Virus record (IMG/VR): IMGVR_UViG_3300031951_000076
Coordinates: 1-64,000 of that record
Source: a virus
DNA: 64,000 bases
Direction: 5' to 3' (one strand)
Part shown: piece by piece, positions 48,201 to 57,136 of the stretch
Numbering within the stretch: the stretch's first letter is position 1
Layout of the letters: the number at the start of each line of letters is the position of its first letter
The notes under the pieces: generated by a model
The model's input: only the letters and a program-made list of their open reading frames with translations
Database searches by the model: none
Told to the model about the DNA's origin: nothing
Translations under genes and position numbers: made by a program

Positions 48201-50194
48201 TGATGTTCTGAATATATTTTTAAATCATAAAGTGAAAGATATGGATTACTAAAACTTACATCAGGACTATGAAATGAAAATATATTTCTTCTATATTCAC
48301 TTAAAAGAGGTGTTGTTGCAGTTCTTATAACACCTAATGATGCTGATCCTGTAAGAGCACCTAAAGCAAATCTATTATATGTTTCAGCATCCTCATACGT
48401 AGGTGTTAAATATGGATCTGGTCTAAGATCGTTATATGGATAATTTTGATATAAACCTTTTAATGGATTTCCTGGTATTGGGTATTCTCTCATGTTGTTA
48501 AGAAGACCCTTTGCTAAAATAGTTTTATTACCTTCTCTAGATCCACGTAATATTTGATATCCAACAATTGATTCTATTGGTTGACCATTCTCATCTAAGG
48601 GCCATGAAATATTTTCAAACTCTACACCAAGTAAAACAATTTTTGAAGCATTTGTATTATGAATATTTAATAAAGGACCTCTTGTTTCATCAGGCATTTT
48701 ATGATGTCTGATTGGTTTACCACAAAGATTTAAAGGATTACCTGGTGTTGCAGGAAAACTATTCCATATGTTTGGTTTATCTGCTGGATAGTTTTCTGTT
48801 GATTGCCAATAAGCCATATCACCTCTTGCTACTTCTACTCCACCGTCTGTACGAATTACAGTTGGTACAGTTGGTGTGTATGTTGCTGTATTTTCTACAC
48901 TCCATCTTGGACATAAACCTTCAAAACAAGAAACATTTTGTGTATCACTCACTGTTGATGGACGTCCAGGTATATGGTATGAATCACTAAACTCACCTGT
49001 ATTATATACAAATCGTATAAAGAAAGCATACTGCTCATCTCTCATATAACCAACATTGTTATTACCTTGAAAGTAATAATCTGCTGGATATTCAATTGCA
49101 ACCCATTTAGCTCTAATTTGATTAGCTAAAGGTTGATAATTAAATTTAAACTTACTATACACTCCTGTACGTAATAAATAATCACCTACAGCATATAGTG
49201 CATCAGATTTTTCAACAGGTTCTGTTCTCAATACCACTTGAGAAATTGGAACATCTACAAACTCTGGATTCCATCTATCAACATAAATTGTACCTTGAGA
49301 TGTAGAATAGTAACCTATTCTTTTTGCTACTGTTTGCTGATTTATGTTAGCTAATATAACTAACTCAAATTCATCAAAATCTTTATCAATGTTTGTAATA
49401 TTAATTGTTAAAGAACAAGCCGTATTTTGGTTATCAAACAAACCTTGAACTTGAGTCAATCCAATATAATCTGTAAACCTCACTTGATTAACAGTATATC
49501 CTATACAAGCTTGATAAGATCCATTTGGAAGAGTACCAGCTAGCCTTCCTTTTGATATTCTAATACAAGGGTGTGTTAATAAAGGGGCAATTCTAATTGC
49601 CTCACAGTCTAAAATTCTTAGACCTGGGTTTAAACTTGTTGGAGATGTATCAAATGTTCTAACTCTACATCCATTAGGAAAGGTGTCTACATATTTCCAT
49701 GGTACATCATCAATATTCATTGTTCTTGTAGGATTTAAACCATCATCCCAATAAATAATTGTACCACAATCATACCTAATGCGATTCGCTGCTGTAATTA
49801 AATTTGTTGTTTTAAAATTTAAACAATCATCATTAACTATTTTTTCATATTTACAAAGAGATTCTGTAAACTTTCCTATCTCTGATTTTGTGTTATTTGT
49901 CATAAATAACACCCATTCATCACCAGCAATATGTGTTGCACCTATCAGTGTATAAGGAAGATCAACGCATTTTATATTAGAAGGTTCATTTCCAATAACC
50001 CCCATTTGACCATCATGTGAATTATTTACAGCATTGCGCGCATGCGTGTATAACCCATCACCTACAAATAATTCATTGTAGTCTTTGAGCATACCTTTGT
50101 TGAAAGTGTTTGTAGTAATGTCGCTTGTACTACTACTACTACTATCTACACTTTCATCATCGTCATCAGTCTTACGTTTTTTGCTTTTAGCCAT
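45251..50194 (-). CDS. tail stabilisation/muzzle protein (crAss-like, P22 gp10-like; 1647 aa)
   Basis: NTFNKGMLKD N-terminus, IRHHKMPD, FSFHSPD, FGGDTYI, WISFHDW; adjacent to ring protein genes. Confidence 0.8.
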   Translation of the reverse strand: MAKSKKRKTDDDDESVDSSSSSTSDITTNTFNKGMLKDYNELFVGDGLYTHARNAVNNSHDGQMGVIGNEPSNIKCVDLPYTLIGATHIAGDEWVLFMTNNTKSEIGKFTESLCKYEKIVNDDCLNFKTTNLITAANRIRYDCGTIIYWDDGLNPTRTMNIDDVPWKYVDTFPNGCRVRTFDTSPTSLNPGLRILDCEAIRIAPLLTHPCIRISKGRLAGTLPNGSYQACIGYTVNQVRFTDYIGLTQVQGLFDNQNTACSLTINITNIDKDFDEFELVILANINQQTVAKRIGYYSTSQGTIYVDRWNPEFVDVPISQVVLRTEPVEKSDALYAVGDYLLRTGVYSKFKFNYQPLANQIRAKWVAIEYPADYYFQGNNNVGYMRDEQYAFFIRFVYNTGEFSDSYHIPGRPSTVSDTQNVSCFEGLCPRWSVENTATYTPTVPTVIRTDGGVEVARGDMAYWQSTENYPADKPNIWNSFPATPGNPLNLCGKPIRHHKMPDETRGPLLNIHNTNASKIVLLGVEFENISWPLDENGQPIESIVGYQILRGSREGNKTILAKGLLNNMREYPIPGNPLKGLYQNYPYNDLRPDPYLTPTYEDAETYNRFALGALTGSASLGVIRTATTPLLSEYRRNIFSFHSPDVSFSNPYLSLYDLKIYSEHHGNAYGQFKIPYKHPKFKFISDFLSDFITLLSRFVGVTSLFTALAGKHGPDFDWNFANDNEVNINQNIFLKKRYDVNYGHQKPLEIKGDALSGGNFGLQAQVYGSFTTFSNQIGGGAISTPQTGEGFWNIDGDDNATSSSITTKERNLANDAINGYNVALQLILFVYQQMTLQEQFYKLIIGLIPYRQYSCQYDSYGIYDQIKPNNIAGNQRRRINSAYYVGNGIQQFNTQYQINNLFRSRYVVLDVTNGTAAADIADPTISDNSRFLKSEVNGAGRSELETQIKSNISSWYGALKYALPSQYGQLETVKQLPISNCIFTLDITQPNATIIKYRTTETVFGGDTYINPFSEKNTMFFFNTWLMGEFEGAGSDIDYTKYANVPWPRFWANTQFLHGQLWQTAGSFRRLDDIFMGTFYVARGYFYLFNSGVRVFYCESEVNTAYRDWEIEVSKRHYDLYRFTDYNGMFRSDVIKNGNYYKYDYSLSVSKLFNSNISWGNVLPRDYDPFISANCYKYSANKVIYSLPQQIDSKKDNWRAFLVNNYKEFIARVTSIKPINKTGALFMMQTESPLSFMGVEELQLDGSNAKITVGDGKLFETGQNQLQSIVNTDAPFEYGSNQSRYASVNTTKGVFWVSQNQGKVFQYTGRMKEISATGMRWWFSMYLPSQLLLQFPNYPLYDNIVRGVGITMIYDNVTEVLYLSKRDFRPKVTLTYQHPDTGEPYDLDGNFYLNATTQIALTNTTYFEDASWTASYDTKAEAWISFHDWVPTFVIPTKNHFLTAKNNTLWYHNTTCNSYCNFYGVSYPFEVEFISATGQQVNTVRSVEYLLEAYKYHNNCKDKFHVLDDNFDQAVVYNSEQISGLLQLFLKSKNDPLGMLTYPRINTSPNSISIQFSKEENKYRFNQFWDITNNRGEYNPVNIPMFNTSANGYVYTINPLYVNYNKSVIERKKFRHHVNRVFMRKFNSGDVKYILKLSNQKLLKSPR

Positions 50195-50549
50195 GTTTTA
50201 CTTGTAATTTCTTCTTATCAAGAAACTTATATATTCTACCTGTTATATGCCCTGCTAACCAAGCCTGAGCTTCTTCATCGTTTATAGATCTGTCTCTAGT
50301 TACAGCTTTAACAGCATGATAAACTTCGTGACCAATTGTGTTATGACTTAGATATTTAACATCAACCAATAGATAGTATTTATCTATGTCAATCGATAAC
50401 ATCATTCCTTCACTTTCACCTGCATCTCTTGGACCTCTTAAACCATGTTTTTTATACACCTTCTTTGTCTCCACTTTTAATTGATCTGTTACAATTAAAG
50501 TGAGGCTACAACTATAAGTTTCTAACTTAATAGTGTGCGAAGTTTTCAT
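50187..50549 (-). CDS. small zincin-like HExxH protein (120 aa)
   Basis: TIGHEVYHAV..NDEEAQAWL. Confidence 0.7.
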   Translation of the reverse strand: MKTSHTIKLETYSCSLTLIVTDQLKVETKKVYKKHGLRGPRDAGESEGMMLSIDIDKYYLLVDVKYLSHNTIGHEVYHAVKAVTRDRSINDEEAQAWLAGHITGRIYKFLDKKKLQVKHG

Positions 50550-50551
50550 AA

Positions 50552-51478
50552 TTAAAATGGTTCAACTGACTTAAACATATCGTAATACTTAGAATACATT
50601 GCTTTTCTATTAGTTTTCCAAAGTGTATACATCTCTGAAAAATTTGGTGTATTTACAATAGTTAATGCGTTGTTTCTTGCAGCTCTTACTCTTGGTTCAA
50701 GCAATTGTATTTTTTGAGCAACATCTTCTCCATTAATAAATAAGTTTTCAAGAATGCGCTGTTTAATAGCATATTCATAGTATTCATTAATCATTGGGTG
50801 ATCAACAACTAAAAGATTACCATCATCATCCTCAAGTGTACCCTCGTATGAAATAAATACTTTACGATCAGTTTTTAAATTTACTACACCATAATCTGGG
50901 TAATCTTGATATCTTGGAACATCCATATACTTTTCACCAAGATCTATATATATAAAACCATTCTTTATAAAAGCTGATTTATATGTGTTATCTGTTGCAT
51001 CTTTTTTACCAGAGGATGGTGAAACACCTATTCTTTCAACAAGATTATATGTTCTTGTTTCAAATTTTCTTTTTTCTACAACTTGTACAAATATTCTTTC
51101 TCCTGTTTTGCATTCTACAGTGTATGTATGCTCACACCCACAAACACTCTCCTGTGAACCACATCTACCACATCTAGGTAAAACAACATTTTCAGTTTGT
51201 CTTCCAGAAAGAACTTCTCTTGTAACGGTGGTGTCACTACATAAGTAGGCATAATTTAATACATAGAAATCATCAGGAAGTCTAGATTTACCATGGCTCA
51301 GATCTAATACAACTTCTTTTGTACCATGAATACGCAATCCTAAATCATAATTAACCCGTTGTACAACTTTGATTAACTGACTTGGTTCAATAAAACCTTC
51401 CAAACTATACGTAGTAAAGTCAGCGGCAACTTCATTTAGTAACTGATCGAGTGTTCTATATTTTAATTCGGTGTTCAT
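50552..51478 (-). CDS. tail ring/tubular protein (308 aa)
   Basis: LPDDFYVL, IKNGFIY, VFISYEG..DDDGNLLVVDHP..YYEY; crAss-like synteny. Confidence 0.7.
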   Translation of the reverse strand: MNTELKYRTLDQLLNEVAADFTTYSLEGFIEPSQLIKVVQRVNYDLGLRIHGTKEVVLDLSHGKSRLPDDFYVLNYAYLCSDTTVTREVLSGRQTENVVLPRCGRCGSQESVCGCEHTYTVECKTGERIFVQVVEKRKFETRTYNLVERIGVSPSSGKKDATDNTYKSAFIKNGFIYIDLGEKYMDVPRYQDYPDYGVVNLKTDRKVFISYEGTLEDDDGNLLVVDHPMINEYYEYAIKQRILENLFINGEDVAQKIQLLEPRVRAARNNALTIVNTPNFSEMYTLWKTNRKAMYSKYYDMFKSVEPF

Positions 51479-52152
51479 GTTGTTGCACTATTTTGTTTAT
51501 CAATAGCTGTATCAGGTGGTATTTGATAAGTCATCATCAAATCTTTCATTACTTGAGCTTCTAACTCACCAAACAAGTAGTCTGGAATGTTAAAAGATTG
51601 ATCTTGTCTAGTTATGCAATCATCTTCTTTACATGTCCATAAACTAATATCATCTTCAAAAATTCCTTCTATTCTAACAGCATCCCATTCTAAGTTTGGA
51701 AAGTATAAGTAATCATCTAAAAACCAATAGTATTTAGCTTTATTATATTTAAATGTAGATCCATTAGATAACCTAACATAGTTTGTAGATGTAGTAGGTT
51801 GTAAAATATCAGAGTTGTCAATAGATGTAACAGCTCTAATAAGAGGACCAAAATATCCTTGCATAAAAACAGGAAGTTTGTCTTTTGTACGTTTAATTGT
51901 ACAATCTGCTTTTATACCTGCACAACAACCTTCCACTTTATCTACTTCTACAAGTTCTACACAATCAAGAGTTTGCATAGCTGAAGAAAAAACCATTAGT
52001 TTATTCTTGCTATCTTCACGTTTCATTAACCATTTTGCATGCTTTATTACAAATGAATAAAGCATACGATCAGTCATAAACGCATCTTGTTTGTTCGTTT
52101 TTAACTGATTACGCAAACGTGATAGAACATCTCCAATTGTAACTCTAGCCAT
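51475..52152 (-). CDS. tail ring/adaptor protein (225 aa)
   Basis: QTLDCVELVEVD..CC, YYWFLDDYLY, VRIEGIFED, C-terminal PPD; synteny. Confidence 0.7.
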   Translation of the reverse strand: MARVTIGDVLSRLRNQLKTNKQDAFMTDRMLYSFVIKHAKWLMKREDSKNKLMVFSSAMQTLDCVELVEVDKVEGCCAGIKADCTIKRTKDKLPVFMQGYFGPLIRAVTSIDNSDILQPTTSTNYVRLSNGSTFKYNKAKYYWFLDDYLYFPNLEWDAVRIEGIFEDDISLWTCKEDDCITRQDQSFNIPDYLFGELEAQVMKDLMMTYQIPPDTAIDKQNSATT

Positions 52153-52153
52153 T

Positions 52154-52738
52154 TTAATCTAAATTAAATTCGTCATAATTTTGAAGTAAATCTTCAATTT
52201 CTATTTTTCTTTCAGAAGCTATTTTATCTTTTCTAAAAATCTTACTCACCCTAACCATATTATCTACAAGAACATATTTTTTCCAATCTTCTCTGTAAGC
52301 TTTTCCAAGACTTCTAGTAAAATCTCTCACTCCTTTAAAACCCCACAAATCATGATTTTTAAATCTATATTTAGTTTCATAATTTGTATAAAATATCTTT
52401 GCTAAATGTTGATCTGATTCCCAATTTTGATTCTGAAGTACAAAACCGTATTTCTCACTTTTCTTAAAATCAACATTACTTTTCTTTTTAGGACAGCTAC
52501 CAATAAATATATAACCTAGTTGTTCAGGAAGTTGTATACCATTTCTATCATTTAACGCAGTTTCCCAGATAAGACCATTAAAAGTTGATATTATATTTTT
52601 AAAACTATTTACAGATAGATTATTATACTTTGGGTTTTCTTCCAAAAATTTATTATAAAAATCTGTATTAGTTAAATTTAACTTTTTAGGTCTGTAGCGA
52701 GGCGCTGTTAAGTCTGGCTTTTTATATTTTTTTGGCAC
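52154..52738 (-). CDS. IHF/HU-like protein of the crAss-like tail module (GTG start, 194 aa)
   Basis: Two helices then GIQLPEQLGYIFI beta-arm, VDFKKS, WGFKGVRDFTR; basic. Confidence 0.6.
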   Translation of the reverse strand: MPKKYKKPDLTAPRYRPKKLNLTNTDFYNKFLEENPKYNNLSVNSFKNIISTFNGLIWETALNDRNGIQLPEQLGYIFIGSCPKKKSNVDFKKSEKYGFVLQNQNWESDQHLAKIFYTNYETKYRFKNHDLWGFKGVRDFTRSLGKAYREDWKKYVLVDNMVRVSKIFRKDKIASERKIEIEDLLQNYDEFNLD

Positions 52739-52771
52739 AATCTTACATTATTAATTTACAAAAAATCTACG

Positions 52772-52790
52772 AAGTTTCCTAAGTAAACTT
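52772..52790. promoter_or_regulatory. palindrome AAGTTT-N7-AAACTT upstream of the IHF-like gene
   Basis: Inverted repeat ~33 nt upstream of GTG 52738. Confidence 0.35.
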
Positions 52791-54007
52791 TAATTGTTTA
52801 CATTATACGTAAATTCAGATATTTTTCCTTTTTCAATATCATGCACTTCCATAACTGCTTGGCGTTTAGAACCAGTATATTTGTTGTGGTAATGCCAGTA
52901 GTCAGTAGAACAAAGGCTAGGAAGATGTTTAACAGCAAAACCATTGGTTTCATTTTCACTGACATATTCTGTTGTTTTTTTAGAATGAAAGTGTCCTGTG
53001 TAGCATGTACGATACTTTGTTTTGCCCCAAGAAATTGGAAACTCAGTTGCATAAATAAGTGGCGTGTTCTTTTTATTAACATCACCGTGTTCAAAAGCAA
53101 AAAAGTTGTGACCATACACCACAACTTTTCTTTCTGAATATTCTACATCAAAATAGATTGAGTAGTCTTCCTTATCAAAACACTTAGATAGTGCGTGAGC
53201 CAAATGGTAAGAACTAAGTCGATCGTGATTACCAGGAACATAAACTACATGAAGATTTTCACAAAACTGTTTAAGATAGCATATAGACCAATATAAAGAA
53301 TCAAATGCTTTTGTATATGCTTCATGAGCACGCAATTCATTGTTTACTGGAGTACCTGATGTTGTTGTACCATTAAAAGTATCCATATTTAAAAGATCGC
53401 CACCAATTACGTAAACAATTTTGTTTAGTTTATGAGACATATATGCTCTATGTACAAGATCTTTTATAGCTACTTTAAAGTTTTCTACTATATCATCATT
53501 ATGCTCTTTACCAAAGTGCAAGTCTTGTATTGATAAAATACTAACAGTGTCGTTTTCAAACTTATTATTTAGGTATATTTCACCTGTAACTGGTTGATAA
53601 TCAGGCTGAAAATTAGCTATTACATCAGCTAATATATCTTTTTGATCCTTTTTTATAGCTGTGACAAAAGCTGATATATGCCAACCATCATGCTTTTGCT
53701 TATTCCAATAGTTACTTAGTTTCCATTTAGTTGTATCTATTTTAAGGAGTTCTATTATTTCTTCTGCAGTCTTTGGCTCTACAGAAAATACTCCTTTTAT
53801 CTCAGCCTCACCTTTGTTTAAATCTTCTTTAACTTCTGTAATTCTATCTTTAATTACTGGTTGCAAATCAATATCAACCCACCTTGTTCTTAAAATTTCT
53901 TTTTTGATTTCTTTGTACTTTTGTATAGAAATACCTAATTTTACAGAACAGTAGTAGTCTGATTTTTTCCACTTAAGTGAGTTTTTAACTTGCTCGTGAA
54001 GATTCAT
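52790..54007 (-). CDS. calcineurin-like metallophosphoesterase (405 aa)
   Basis: DLHFG, GGDLLNMD, VPGNHD, FEHGD, TGHFH motifs in order. Confidence 0.9.
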   Translation of the reverse strand: MNLHEQVKNSLKWKKSDYYCSVKLGISIQKYKEIKKEILRTRWVDIDLQPVIKDRITEVKEDLNKGEAEIKGVFSVEPKTAEEIIELLKIDTTKWKLSNYWNKQKHDGWHISAFVTAIKKDQKDILADVIANFQPDYQPVTGEIYLNNKFENDTVSILSIQDLHFGKEHNDDIVENFKVAIKDLVHRAYMSHKLNKIVYVIGGDLLNMDTFNGTTTSGTPVNNELRAHEAYTKAFDSLYWSICYLKQFCENLHVVYVPGNHDRLSSYHLAHALSKCFDKEDYSIYFDVEYSERKVVVYGHNFFAFEHGDVNKKNTPLIYATEFPISWGKTKYRTCYTGHFHSKKTTEYVSENETNGFAVKHLPSLCSTDYWHYHNKYTGSKRQAVMEVHDIEKGKISEFTYNVNN

Positions 54008-54027
54008 ATGTTAATGGGTTTGTTTAA

Positions 54028-54035
54028 TAAAATTA
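54028..54035 (-). promoter_or_regulatory. candidate -7-like element TAATTTTA
   Basis: Same octamer as at 5624-5631, again between a terminator and a start codon. Confidence 0.35.
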
Positions 54036-54051
54036 ACATTTGTTTTTTAAA

Positions 54052-54090
54052 TAAAAAAATATAGCCCCAACGTAGACACGCCAGGGCTGT
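54052..54090 (-). terminator. intrinsic terminator of the glycosyltransferase operon
   Basis: Minus strand AGCCCTGGCGT-GTCT-ACGTTGGGGCT (three G-U pairs that fit only on this strand) then ATATTTTTTT. Confidence 0.8.
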
Positions 54091-54123
54091 TTGTCAGGAT
54101 GAAACCAACAAAACCTGACTTTT

Positions 54124-55443
54124 TTATTCAAAAGATATATCAAAAAAGTTACCTCTTTGTTTTATATCATCTGTGTTAATTCCTTTGTAATTTAAAAAAG
54201 GAATAACATCTATATAAAACTGTTCTTGATCTTCTTTCCAACCTGGGTGAAAAGAAATATGCATTGGTACATTTAAATCCCAAAGAACTGATTTTTCTTT
54301 CAGCAGTTCTTGTTCATGACCTTCAACATCTATTTTTATAACAGAGATATTACTTTCAGATAGGTTATATTTTTCTAAAATTTCTTTAATTGAAATACAA
54401 TCAACTGATATTAAATTTTCTGTAGCTGAATCTCTTGTAATACTTTCCCCTAAAACAGCAGAACCTAATTGTAATTTAGTTTTTGTAGAAACAGCTTTGT
54501 CTTCTAAAATAATATTTGATATATTATTTAATTTAATATTTTCTACAAACTCTGCATGAGCAACTGGATCAGGTTCAAAACATATACAGTTCTTTGAATA
54601 TTTTGAAGCTACTAATGATATAGGACCTATCCACGATCCTATATCTATAAATGTTTTATTTTTATCAAGTTTTGGAACAATAAAATCAAAGGTTGATTGT
54701 TCCCACCAAGAATAATGATCTAACCAAAATTTTGTTGTAACTGGTGTATTTTGTACATTAAATTCCAAACCACCTTTATTTACCTTATGACTCATATTAA
54801 TAGTTGATTTTAATTTGGTTCCCCAACATGATATACTTGATGCTGCAGTGTTTAAATAATATTTCCATTCATCTGTAATATTTTCATCTGTTAAATACCA
54901 CGGTGTGTGTTTTATACAATATGGTTTATCTAATCTTAAGGCATCATATGCAAAACCAGAAAATGGTCTATATAAAGCAAATGTTGTATCAATATGAGCA
55001 TCCCATCCAATATCTTTTCTGTTTATCCAATACTTACTTTCCCATTCTCTTGCTTGCCTTCCTATTTCTGTTTCAGGTAAATCACTTATATCTAATGAAA
55101 ATCCAACTTTAAAAACATCAGTGTTTTCTAAAACATTAATCATTTTATCAAGCCAATCATTTGGAACGTCATCATACAAGCAATCTGAATCAGCTATTAT
55201 AAAATAGTTATCGTTAAAGTAAGGTCTTAATTGATCACCCCATACAGAATGGGGACCATTATTTTGACTAGAATAAACAACAGTTACACCTGAGTTATTA
55301 TAATATTCTAATAATGGAGGATATGTAGATTGCTGATCAAAAATTACAATCTCAATTCTTGGTTCTTTTAAAAGAAAGTTAACAGCGTTTTTTAAAGAAC
55401 TAATGAGATTTCTATTGACAATAAATGCTTTAATCTTTTTCAA
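54124..55443 (-). CDS. GT-A/GT2-like glycosyltransferase fused to an FkbM-family SAM methyltransferase (TTG start)
   Basis: N-half FDQQSTYPPLLEYY, IADSD, IDTTFALY; C-half FIDIGSWIG, FEPDP, KIDVEGHE. Confidence 0.85.
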   Translation of the reverse strand: MKKIKAFIVNRNLISSLKNAVNFLLKEPRIEIVIFDQQSTYPPLLEYYNNSGVTVVYSSQNNGPHSVWGDQLRPYFNDNYFIIADSDCLYDDVPNDWLDKMINVLENTDVFKVGFSLDISDLPETEIGRQAREWESKYWINRKDIGWDAHIDTTFALYRPFSGFAYDALRLDKPYCIKHTPWYLTDENITDEWKYYLNTAASSISCWGTKLKSTINMSHKVNKGGLEFNVQNTPVTTKFWLDHYSWWEQSTFDFIVPKLDKNKTFIDIGSWIGPISLVASKYSKNCICFEPDPVAHAEFVENIKLNNISNIILEDKAVSTKTKLQLGSAVLGESITRDSATENLISVDCISIKEILEKYNLSESNISVIKIDVEGHEQELLKEKSVLWDLNVPMHISFHPGWKEDQEQFYIDVIPFLNYKGINTDDIKQRGNFFDISFE

Positions 55444-56179
55444 GAAAATCTTTTAAAAGTTGTTTATAATCTTGTTCCCAATGTGGGTTCAAATATACAT
55501 CACCTGTAGGAACATAACCTAACTTACGCATGTATTCAACATGTTCACTATGTCTTTGTATCACATTTGGTCTGTCACTAGTATCTGTACCTGCACCACT
55601 CATATGATAACTTCTACCTCCCCACATATAAAACCAACTCACTTCATTGTCTGGTGGAGCAGCAAATACAACATTTTGTGAATTATATCGAATATTCATT
55701 ACAAATGTCATATCATATCCTGCATTCTCATGTGGATGTTTTCCAAGATTTTCCCAAATTCTTTTACTATAAACAATGCCTGAATTACCTAATCCTGTAA
55801 TATCAGTAATTGCTTTATTGTTAAAGAAAACTCCACGATGCCAGTGTAAAAGATCTGTATCTTCTTTAAAATACTTTGCAATATTTGTTAGATGATTTGG
55901 AAGTGCAACATCGTCATCGTCCCAAACTGCAATTATATTAGATGAACATTGACTTACAGCAAAGTTTTCTTTTTCACCAATTGTTTGAAATGTGTAATCT
56001 AAATTATAAATTTTTATTTCAGGATGGTCAAAGATTAATTTTTGTAAAGGGTAATCGTTTACAATAATCATTTCTTTTTTACCAGGATAGTCTTGATTAA
56101 TAAAAGAATAAATACTTTCTTCTAATAAATCCACTCTACCATACGTTATACATTTTGCAGATATAAAAGGATAATTCAT
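55430..56179 (-). CDS. GT2-family glycosyltransferase (249 aa)
   Basis: ISAKCITYGR, IIVND, IGEKEN, AVWDDDD, GYD. Confidence 0.85.
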   Translation of the reverse strand: MNYPFISAKCITYGRVDLLEESIYSFINQDYPGKKEMIIVNDYPLQKLIFDHPEIKIYNLDYTFQTIGEKENFAVSQCSSNIIAVWDDDDVALPNHLTNIAKYFKEDTDLLHWHRGVFFNNKAITDITGLGNSGIVYSKRIWENLGKHPHENAGYDMTFVMNIRYNSQNVVFAAPPDNEVSWFYMWGGRSYHMSGAGTDTSDRPNVIQRHSEHVEYMRKLGYVPTGDVYLNPHWEQDYKQLLKDFLEKD

Positions 56180-57102
56180 ATAAGCGCTGATGTTTTAGAA
56201 GTGTTAATAATTTCTTCAGCATACTTATATGAACAAAAATCTTTATTAAGATTTTGAATTTCTATATCATATGGTAATACTAATTGATACTTGCCTTTAA
56301 AAAATAAATCAGTTCTGTCAGAAGTTACACCTGCATTATGAAATATAGGATGTTTATCCCATTCACTAACTGGAGATGTAGCCCAAGAAAAAGAAAGTTT
56401 ATTAGTTACTAATACTTGCTTATCCCAAAACCAAAGATTCCAAAGAACTGCCCACATATCAGCACACCAAATTTGTAGTTCATGATATGAAGGATCTAAT
56501 GCTTTATCTTTATCAATTTCATGTGTAATTAATCTAAAAAGATTTTCAGCATCATAATATACTTTTTTCCAAAACTCTGCAGGAATTCCTTTTAAAATAT
56601 ATTGTGCTCCACCACTATTTTTTTCTTGCTCAATAATGTATTGTTTATTAACATTAACTATATCAGCCATAAAATCAAGATACTTTTCACCTTTAGATCT
56701 AACATAGTTTGCACCAATATAACTTACAGTATCGCTTACATAACAATTATCATCTTCAAGAAGTCCTTTAAAATCTAATGGTTTTGCAAAAATAATATCG
56801 CAGTCATGATAGAAAATAGTTTCATGTTCTAATTCAGGATGCTGCAACCAATGCTTGTACAAAACATGGGGACGTATACTGGATATATAACAAGGTTTTT
56901 GCCTGTTATCTGGATAAAAATAAAATCTCGTATCAGTGTATTTTGCTGCAAGTTTTTGCCATTTTTCAGAAACATGTCCATGGTGCCCACATACAATTTG
57001 AATATCTTTTGGATCTACACCATTTCTAACAAAGTTATTAATCATAACTTCTACTTGCCATGTATAATAATCTATGGCAGGTTGTACGCATAAAAATTTC
57101 AT
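56176..57102 (-). CDS. GT-A fold glycosyltransferase resembling peptide O-glycosyltransferases (HPAT/SGT-like)
   Basis: YHDCDIIF (DxD), GGAQYIL, WCADMWA (cf. W..EMY), IFHNAG. Confidence 0.7.
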   Translation of the reverse strand: MKFLCVQPAIDYYTWQVEVMINNFVRNGVDPKDIQIVCGHHGHVSEKWQKLAAKYTDTRFYFYPDNRQKPCYISSIRPHVLYKHWLQHPELEHETIFYHDCDIIFAKPLDFKGLLEDDNCYVSDTVSYIGANYVRSKGEKYLDFMADIVNVNKQYIIEQEKNSGGAQYILKGIPAEFWKKVYYDAENLFRLITHEIDKDKALDPSYHELQIWCADMWAVLWNLWFWDKQVLVTNKLSFSWATSPVSEWDKHPIFHNAGVTSDRTDLFFKGKYQLVLPYDIEIQNLNKDFCSYKYAEEIINTSKTSALI

Positions 57103-57119
57103 AAATGTTGGTTTTTTTA

Positions 57120-57127
57120 CAAATATA
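57120..57127 (-). promoter_or_regulatory. TATATTTG -7 element upstream of the glycosyltransferase operon
   Basis: Exact TAnnTTTG match 17 nt before ATG 57102; same TATATTTGTA at 60288-60297. Confidence 0.5.
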
Positions 57128-57136
57128 TTAAATAAA

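Noticed and set aside
54052-54120. tRNA or riboswitch in the GC-richer intergenic stretch
   Set aside because: Only two simple hairpins; no cloverleaf, T-loop or recognisable aptamer; best explained as a terminator plus upstream hairpin
8121-56000. Many 60-150 aa ORFs antisense or out of frame within long genes (e.g. 24683-25129, 33495-33869, 52798-53124)
   Set aside because: Fully nested in well-supported CDSs with biased, non-protein-like composition
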